A stretch of 64,000 bases of DNA from Eledone cirrhosa (taxonomy: Eukaryota): positions 63,302,001 to 63,366,000 of the forward strand of contig OZ024743.1 in the NCBI GenBank assembly GCA_964016885.1. The letters run 5' to 3'. Under the pieces are notes generated by a model. The model was not told the origin of the DNA. It was given only the letters and a program-made list of their open reading frames with translations, and did no database searches. Shown piece by piece: positions 55,965-64,000 of this stretch. The translations under genes were made by a program, and so were the position numbers. Within the stretch, counting starts at the first letter, position 1. Every line of letters begins with the position of its first letter.

Positions 55965-56700
55965 GGTTTCAGGGTTTTTATTTGGTTTATTTTTTTGATC
56001 AGTTAAAACTATTTATACAATCAGCTTTTATGGACACCAGCTGCAACTTCTGCAATCCTGGATCAATCCTCCACCGTCTTGCATTGAATTTTGTGCCAAA
56101 CTTCAAAATTCTTTGTGGATGCCAGATTAATGCCTTCCCACAACTCCTACTTAAAAGGGAACTTTCATTGGTTTGGTCTTACACTCTACCACCCATGAAG
56201 TGAACTGATACACAATGCAGTTGCACACAAATCCTTGTTGAGAGAGCGTAAAACAGTGAGGTGGATAGTTGAAAGATCTTGAGCTAATATCTGGTCCTCA
56301 CACTATACAGTGTCCACCATTGGAACCATGACTGGCCAACGAGATCTGCACTGGACATCTGTGTTTGCTGTGCATGCCCCCCCTCCCCCATGATGTAGAT
56401 GCCCTCGGAGCCAGCTCAACCCATTCAGAGTAAAGTAGATGACACAAGTACCAAAACAAATAGAATTAACTGCCTTGACCAGTGAAAGCACTTACTATCA
56501 ATAATAAACTCATGTCCCATGAGCTGAGAATTTGATGCTGTATCCTCTCAGCCATTCTGCCTATACATACAATATCTATAGAGAATTTTTGCAAGCTCCT
56601 CTTCCTCCTCACACACACACACAAAGGATGTATATCACCCATGGGCAAACTGCAGTCCATTTGGCTTTCTGAATGGCATGCCTAATTTCAAAATTGTCTT
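55965..56700 (-). pseudogene. Probable decayed Tc1-like transposase
   Basis: Higher-GC block whose minus-strand reading loosely resembles a Tc1 C-terminus; no intact catalytic motif seen. Confidence 0.4.
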
Positions 56701-56811
56701 GAATTATTTAGTAGTGCAGCTCGCCTTATGAGCCACATCCAATGTAGCCCACTGCACGAGAAAGGTTGTCCATGCAAGATGTATGCATTATAGTTTTATA
56801 TATATATATAT

Positions 56812-57151
56812 GGGGGAACATGGTTTAGTGGTTAGCATTGGCCTTGCAATCGAAAGGTTGTGAGTTTAATTCTCAGACTGGGTGATGTGTTGTTTCCTTG
56901 AGCAAGACACTTTATTTCACATTGCTCCAGTTTACTCAGCTGTAGAAATGAGATGATAGGACTGGGGTCCATATCATTCCACTCGAAAGTGGTCGTGGAG
57001 GTGCCATGGCAAAAAAGCACCCAGCACTCACTGTAAATGAGGTTGGTGTTAGGAAGGGCATCCAGCTGTAGAAATCAAGCCAGAATCAGTTCCCATCCCA
57101 CCCTTGCAAGCAGAGAAAAGTGGATGTAAAATGATGATGATGAATGATGAT
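56812..57151 (+). mobile_element. tRNA-derived SINE with RTE-LINE 3' tail (second copy)
   Basis: Collinear with the reverse complement of 6249-6597. Confidence 0.8.
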
Positions 57152-57816
57152 GTATTTATGTAAAAAGTAAACTAAAATAACAACAGTATATGGAAGGGAT
57201 ATATATATATATATATATAGGTTTCATACATTGTTTATATATGGATGTCTGCTGACATCTGAAAGCTGTTGTCCAGTTATCTAATTAAAAAGGTGTAGAA
57301 GTGATGTTAGTCCCTTACTTTAATGGTTAAAGCATCTAGCCGGTATCTGGGGGATATGGGGTTCAATTCCTCATAGCAGCCGAAAGCAACTTTTTCTGTC
57401 TTAAGGGTCTTCCTCCTATTTTATAAGCTATTTTATAGCATCCCTGCACTTGAGCACATCATCCTTTAAACACACGCATATATACTCACACACACACTAA
57501 TATATACACACACTATCATCATCATTGTTTAATGTCCATCTTCCACGCTAGCATGGGTTAGACAGTTTTGTTCCATTTGATGCGGGAATGGTCGAGAGAC
57601 CATGTCTTGCTCGCACGGAAGCGTCTCTGGCAGGTTTTATACAGCTGGATGCCCTTCCTAACACCAAGCACACATTTATAGTGTGGACTGGGAGCCTTTT
57701 CACTGTGTCTCCTACATGGCCATCTTACAGTGTGGACTGTTGTGTCATCGACACAGTTGAGGGAACAGGAGAGGGAGGATGGGGTAGGGTGTACATTGAG
57801 TTAAGAGATATATCAT

Positions 57817-57852
<36 letters not shown>

Positions 57853-58227
57853 ATAATAAATACACAGACAAAAATCAAAAGGGGACTTGATAAAGGTTAT
57901 ATAAAGTATATATAAACTCGTAGAGCAAATATTTATTATTAGTACAGATCAATCTGAGAGACAGAAACTACTTCCTCAACTACAGAAAAAAAAATTCTAC
58001 AAAAGATATGTGAACATTCAACTTCTATCAAGAAAAATCTTCAGTATATTTTCTTATTTACCATGAATAACTTAACAAATGAAACCAAGAATTTAATGAT
58101 GAAAATGTACACCTATTTTTACGATAAAGTTTCCATGTGGATCTTCTCATGTTTTATAGTGTGTATGTCCATTTTATAGCTGGTAACCACTTAAATACCA
58201 ACATAAAACTACAGTATGATTGATCTA

Positions 58228-58377
<150 letters not shown>

Positions 58378-58625
58378 CTACAACGAGAGAAAAAAAAATA
58401 ATGAAAAATACTTGTAAAAAGAAAAGTTTTTAAAAAATAACATTGGTAATATATACAAGAATAATCTTAAATAAGAACTGTTAATTGAAGCATTTCATGA
58501 GGGAAAGAAATAAAGACAGATTTTGTTTAACACTTTTAATACAAATTTGCCTGAACCTGGTTTTATGAAACAGAGTTGGGTTTTAAAGAGTCCATACTTC
58601 TCTTAAAACCCTCCATCATAATTTT

Positions 58626-61499
58626 ATCATCATCATCATCATCATCACCGTTTTACGTCCGTTCTTCCACGCTAGCATGGGTTAGACGGGTTGTCCTGTT
58701 GTGGGCAGTGTCTGGTCGGCTGACCATGCCTTGCTCATACAGGAACTGATCTGGCTTGATTTCTACAGCTGGATGCCCTTCCTAACACCAACCTCATTTA
58801 CAGTGAGTGCTGGGTGCTTTTTCGTGGCGCCTACACGTCCACTTTACAGTGTGGGCTGGGTGCTTTTTTGCCGTGGCACCTCCACGACCACCTTGCGGTG
58901 GGGGGGGGGGGGGCATATTGTTTATATGCTTCAGCATGTACCCATGGGAGGTCGGGTACCCTGCATTACTGCGTGACGCCAGAAGTCACGGTCGTGTGTC
59001 ATTGACTTTGAGAGGTGTAGTTGGGTAAGGTCGGCTTTTATCACCTCATCCCAAGTCATCTTGGGTCTCCCCACTCCGCGGTTTCCATCAACTTCTAGTG
59101 CTCTGCACCTTTTTATGCAGCTGTCATCCTTCATACGCATCACATGTCCATACCAGCGTAACCGCCTCTCCTGCACGCACCATTTGATTCCTCTTATGCT
59201 CAGTCTCTCTCTCAATTCCTTTATGCTTTGTCGTTCACGTATATTACTGTTACACATCCATCGGAGCATGCAGGCTTCGTTTCTCTCTAATCTACGTAAG
59301 TCTTCCACCTTCAGCGCCCAGGTCTCACTACCATGCAACATCGCTGTTCGGATACACGCATCATACAGTCTGCCTTTCATTCTGAGGGAGAAGCCTTTTG
59401 CAGCTAGCAGTGGTAGTAGTTCCCTAAACTTCTTCCATCCCGTTCTTACCCTAGTTATTGTACTTTCTGAGCACCCACCTCCGTTGCTAATTCGGTCACC
59501 TAGGTAGCAGAAGCTGTCTACTGTTTCTACAGGGCCCTCCCAGAGATTGGTGGTACTTGTTTCCTGTGGCTGTTTGCTTGCTGTTTCAGCACAGCTGCTG
59601 CATGTGAATCCTACATTCTTAATTAAGCTTCCTGAGATCCCGCTACATCTCTTGTGTTCCCATTGTTTGCATTTGGGGCAGAGAATGGAGTTCCTACCTA
59701 CACCTTTCCTACATACTGAGCAAGGCCATTTCCCTGAGGGGATCTGGGTTCTGTTTTCTCGTCTACTTATAAGGACCTTAGTCTTTGTCATGTTGACTTT
59801 GAGGCCCTTTCTCTCTAGTCCCTGCTTCCAGGTTTGGAATTTATTCTCTAGTTCTACCATAGATTCAGCTATGAGTGCGAGGTCATCAGCATACAGGAGT
59901 TCCCATGGGCATCCGGTCTTAAACTCCTCCGTTATTGCCTGCAGGACTATGATGAACAGGAGAGGGCTAAGAACAGAGCCCTGGTGGACCCCAACCTGTA
60001 CGCTAAATTCCTCGCTATACTCATTGCCAATCCTAACTTTGCTGACTGCTCCCCTATACATGGCTTGTACCGCTTTCACAAGCCATTCATCTACTCCTAG
60101 TTTTCTAAGAGCCCACCAGATTACTGCACGTGGAACTCTGTCAAAGGCTTTCTCAAGGTCGACAAATGCCAAGTAGAGTGGCTTACTTTTAGCTAGGTAC
60201 TTTTCCTGTAATTGCCTCACAAGGAAGAGGGCATCAGTGGTGCCTTTCCCTGGTACAAACCCAAATTGCATCTCGTCTATATTCACCCGGTCCCTAATCA
60301 GCTGTGCTATAACTATCTGTTACGTTCATGACCTGGTCCATCAACTTTATACCTCTATAGTTTCCTCTATCTAGTGCATCGCCTTTACCTTTGTAGCAGT
60401 TGACAATGATGCTACTGCACCAATCTTTTGGTATGGCCCCCTCTAGTATTACCTGGTTAACGATACGTGTGGTTATAGTGTGACCTACAGACCCAGATGC
60501 CTTCAGCATCTCGGCAGCTATACCCGATGGACCGGTTGCCTTCCCTATCTTCATATCTCTGATTGCCTTACTTACTACGCTGCCGCTGACTTGTACTGCT
60601 GGTCCCTCTATAGGGTCTACGTGGGGTAGGGTCTCTTCTTCCCATGCATTCTCCTCATTTAGTAATCTATCATAATGACTCTTCCATGCATCTTTCTTCT
60701 CAGCACTTGTGAGGGCAAGCTCACCTTTATCATTCCGGATACACTTCTCTCCAATGACATCACAACTATCTCTGACACACTGCCTCGCAATCTTGAATAC
60801 CTCCTGTTTCTGGTCCTCACGTTGTAAAACATGCTTGAATTTTCTATCCTCTGCTTCCCTCCTAGCTAAGTATACTTGTCGCCTAGCTTCCCTCTTGGTC
60901 TCTATGTAATGTACCCTGCTCCCCCCGTTCTTCCATTCTTTCCATGCCTGTCTCTTGGCCTTGACTGCTTCATCTACCTTATTGTTCCACCACCAAGTCA
61001 CTCTCCTCCTGCTTGAGGTCTTACTCCAGCCACAAACCTCATCCGTCGCCTCTAGTAAGTTATTTTTTAGGAACTCCCAGCTCTCTTCTACGTTAAATGT
61101 CTCTATCTGTTCTTCTTTACTGTCGTAGGCGTTGAGTAAAATATCTTTAAATCTGTTACTGGTTGAGGGGACTTTCAGCTTCCAGATCTTTCTTCTCCAG
61201 GTTGGCCTCTGTTTCAGGGCTCGTCTAGTTCTGACCGTGAGGTCGCTGACAACTAAGCTATGTTGGGATGTACATTCCTCACTAGGGAAGGCTTTTGTGT
61301 TTACGACCGTCCATCTGTCACGTCCTCTGATGAGGATAAAATCTAACTGACTAGAGTGCTCCCCTGATCTATAGGTGATCAGGTGGTTGTCGGGTTTTTT
61401 AAAGTTTGTGTTACATATCGACATGTCATTGGCGTCGCAGAATTCTAGAAGTCTGAATCCTTCCTCATTCCTTGTGCCAACTCCATGGCCTCCATGTAC
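58626..61499 (-). mobile_element. RTE-clade LINE, 5'-truncated within the APE domain, one frameshift
   Basis: ORFs 60294-61424 (end of APE, SQLDFIL...SQHSLVV, plus linker) and 58931-60286 (RT) are separated by a small deletion near 60315. 3' UTR and (GAT)n tail at 58626-58930. Short tttat repeat at both junctions. Confidence 0.95.
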
Positions 61500-62284
61500 T
61501 TTATGAAAAAAAATTTATGTTCCAAATAAATTACTAATGGAAAAGTTATTTTTTAAATTTCTCCAAACTTTAGGTTATTTAAAAAATTAATTGAAACATA
61601 TGGACAGTGTATATCATTATAAATACGGTAATAAATGAGTTAACAGTGTCAATGTGTTAGTGTTAAATGTTTATCCTTTTGCAAACTACAAGGATCTGGA
61701 GGACCAGTACTTGATTCAATGTCCATAATATTAAATAAATGAAATGTGTAGACTGGAGAGAAATAAAGCAACCACACTCTGTTGGATGTGCAATGTAAAT
61801 GTGAGAAAAAGGCAGAGCTTGGATGAGTTGAAGGAGAAACTGGGTTTAAGAGGGATCTGAGGTGGTTTGCAGGAGAGAAGACTGTATTGGTTTGGACATG
61901 TGATGTGCATAGATGATGATCGTTGGGTGAAGAAGTGTCAGTAGAAAGATGTCATGATAGAGGTACACCAAGAAATACCTGGGCAGAGGTTGTGAGAGCT
62001 GACCTCAAATCACAGACGCAGAGGAAATGACAAAGGATAGCAATGAAAGGAGAGATGCCATGCTGAGGACCTACCCAACCCATGCAAGCGTGGAAATACA
62101 GACATAAAAACAATGATAATGAAACAAATCTTCAGTGGCCAGAATGCTAGACAATTTTACACTTTCAAAACAAATAATCACAGTATCAATAATGGTTATG
62201 ATGAATCCTTCAATTTCTATGATGATCATTCAGTTGTTTAATTAACTTAATGTCCAACTCCTGAATTAATAGAGCAGTGTAGTT

Positions 62285-62700
62285 AGTATGAAGCAGCCAA
62301 GAAATTGAGATCACCATAGAAGCGACAGAAAGGAATAAAGGGGATTTAAGGATTCAAGAGGCCATTATTATCAGCCGAATAAAACCAAGGATAAATAATA
62401 GATCAGAAATAGTTACTGAAGCGACCCCACACGTGTTTTGATGACACACAGGCCAATTAAGGAAGAATACTTCGATCACCCATTTTGTTTTGTTTTGAAC
62501 TGTTTCAAAACAAATATGCTCAAATACACTGGGTAAAACATTACTTTGTTTTGTTTTATTTGTCATCATTTGTCCTTTGTATTTTTCTACTGTATTGTAC
62601 TGGCTTTTTGAACATTATCGGACATGAATCAATGTTTAAATGGTTGAGTCTTCCACAGACATGTACCATTAATGTAGTTCCGAAGACGAATCCCTGACAA
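62285..62700 (+). pseudogene. PLE GIY-YIG C-terminal remnant
   Basis: Reads EIEITIEATERNKGDLRIQEAIIISRIKPRINNRSE, comparable to IEIKIESTHKKDAMFRQITEAVSIKELKPKLNRKYE at the end of the 898-aa ORF. Confidence 0.65.
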
Positions 62701-63716
62701 TATATGACAAGATTTGATCTTTGAATTAGAGGCACAATCCATTCAATGAGCTTCTACAGATTCCACCTACCAAAATTCACTCAGTTAACCCAAGGCTGTG
62801 GTAAAGACCAGGATGCTATACAGTGAGATTGAACCTAGGACCTTATAATTATGAAGCAAACTTCTGAACCACTAAGCTATGCTTCCATCCATAGTATCAA
62901 TAGCTACATTAGGTAAAATAGTTATGCTGCATGGCTAAATCAAAGTAAAGTGTATTTCAAGGAATTAAAATTTATGTACCAACCCAGTTTACCAACAGAA
63001 GTTTCCATAATATTGGAACAAACTGGACAATTATCTTTAAAGGGTATACTTCTGTCGACAACAGCTAAGAAGTGTCTCTCTTGGCCAAGAAATAATGTTA
63101 GGAAACGCCTAATATATTTTTTCATAATCCCCATATTTAATCCATTTGTTACCATATTTCGAATAAAATACATTGTCAACGATTTTAACTACCATATATA
63201 CTCATATATGAGTCAAGAAATATGGGACAAAAAAAAAAAATAAAATAAAATAAAATGTGGGTTAATATTTTGCCAATTTTCATCAACTTCAAAATTCTAC
63301 ATAAATAAGGTGCTAAAATATTTTTGCTTTGGGAGGTGAATATTACACCAGTTTCACTTTCAACTTGAAATTCATATTTCCTATTGTTTTTTTTTTGTTT
63401 TGAATGAATATGGCCTTCAAAATTATATTATAGACTTTTAACTATTTTTGTTGTGAAATTAATTTCTCTCATTCATTTTCTTAATTCAGTTTAGAGGAAT
63501 TTAATAATATAACTACTTTTTCATTACTAAGCTGATGTTTGGAGCCTAACTTAAAGGATATTATATAAATATAAACACTTAAGAATAAACAACTTAGTAT
63601 TGTAAAACCACAGGTGGTTTCAGATGGTTTGGTATCAGTTAACTTTATGATTTTTTTCTGATTTTGAAAACATTAAAGGTAATCAAACCCATCCTTTTTT
63701 TTTTTTAACCTGAATA

Positions 63717-64000
63717 CTACATGCTAGAATAATACCCCCCTCCCTCATTTCTGAGGACAATGGCCAGTGACACCCACCCCACTTCACAAGGCTCCTTCTT
63801 CAGATGGGCTGCTGACATTTTGATTTTAAGGAGCAGCTCAGCAGTACAGAGTCCGAGAATGCCTGAGGTCTTAACGGCAACTGGTGCAAATAGGAAGTGG
63901 TTGGACAAGCCCCGGTATTTGCTTGGCTTCCTGTCCTGTGTGGTACTGGGTTTTGTGGCTGAAGCAAATAAATTAGAGGTGGAGAACATGTTGCAGCATA
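63717..64000 (-). pseudogene. CRE-clade RLE-domain remnant (similar relic at ~42480-42620, minus)
   Basis: RKPSKYRGLSNHFLFAPVAVKTSGILG..EPCEVGW.SLAIVLRN. Confidence 0.65.

Noticed and set aside
57310-57385. tRNA-like sequence (taatggttaaagca...ggttcaattcc)
   Set aside because: Acceptor stem does not pair; more likely a decayed SINE head than a tRNA gene.
62674-62700. CCGAAGA after the PLE remnant as a hammerhead start
   Set aside because: No stem II closure or GAAA follows.

Overview
AT-rich, repeat-dense animal genomic DNA whose repeat content (RTE LINEs with (GAT)n tails, tRNA-derived SINEs, very long (TA)n tracts) is typical of a cephalopod (Octopus-like); the species assignment is an inference. 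The only host coding sequence I can support is one 118-bp minus-strand LRR exon (58260-58377) of a Scribble/LAP-family gene, so most of the window is probably intron. It holds RTE-clade LINEs (two near-identical inverted copies and one decayed near-full-length copy), an 898-aa Penelope-like element (RT + C-terminal GIY-YIG), several PLE remnants, and CRE, Tc1/mariner, piggyBac-MITE and Helitron-like relics. The main hidden signal is RNA-level. I found about 13 whole (intact or decayed) and several half type I hammerhead ribozyme motifs by eye, from several unrelated sequence families. They include a non-coding ~470-bp tandem repeat with one minimal hammerhead per unit (retrozyme-like) that is fused head-to-head to the PLE ORF. 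Four unrelated hammerheads carry the compensatory U3-A8 core, and three fold-back (inverted pLTR + tail) mini-elements sit in (TA)n. All structures were paired manually; none were computed or tested.
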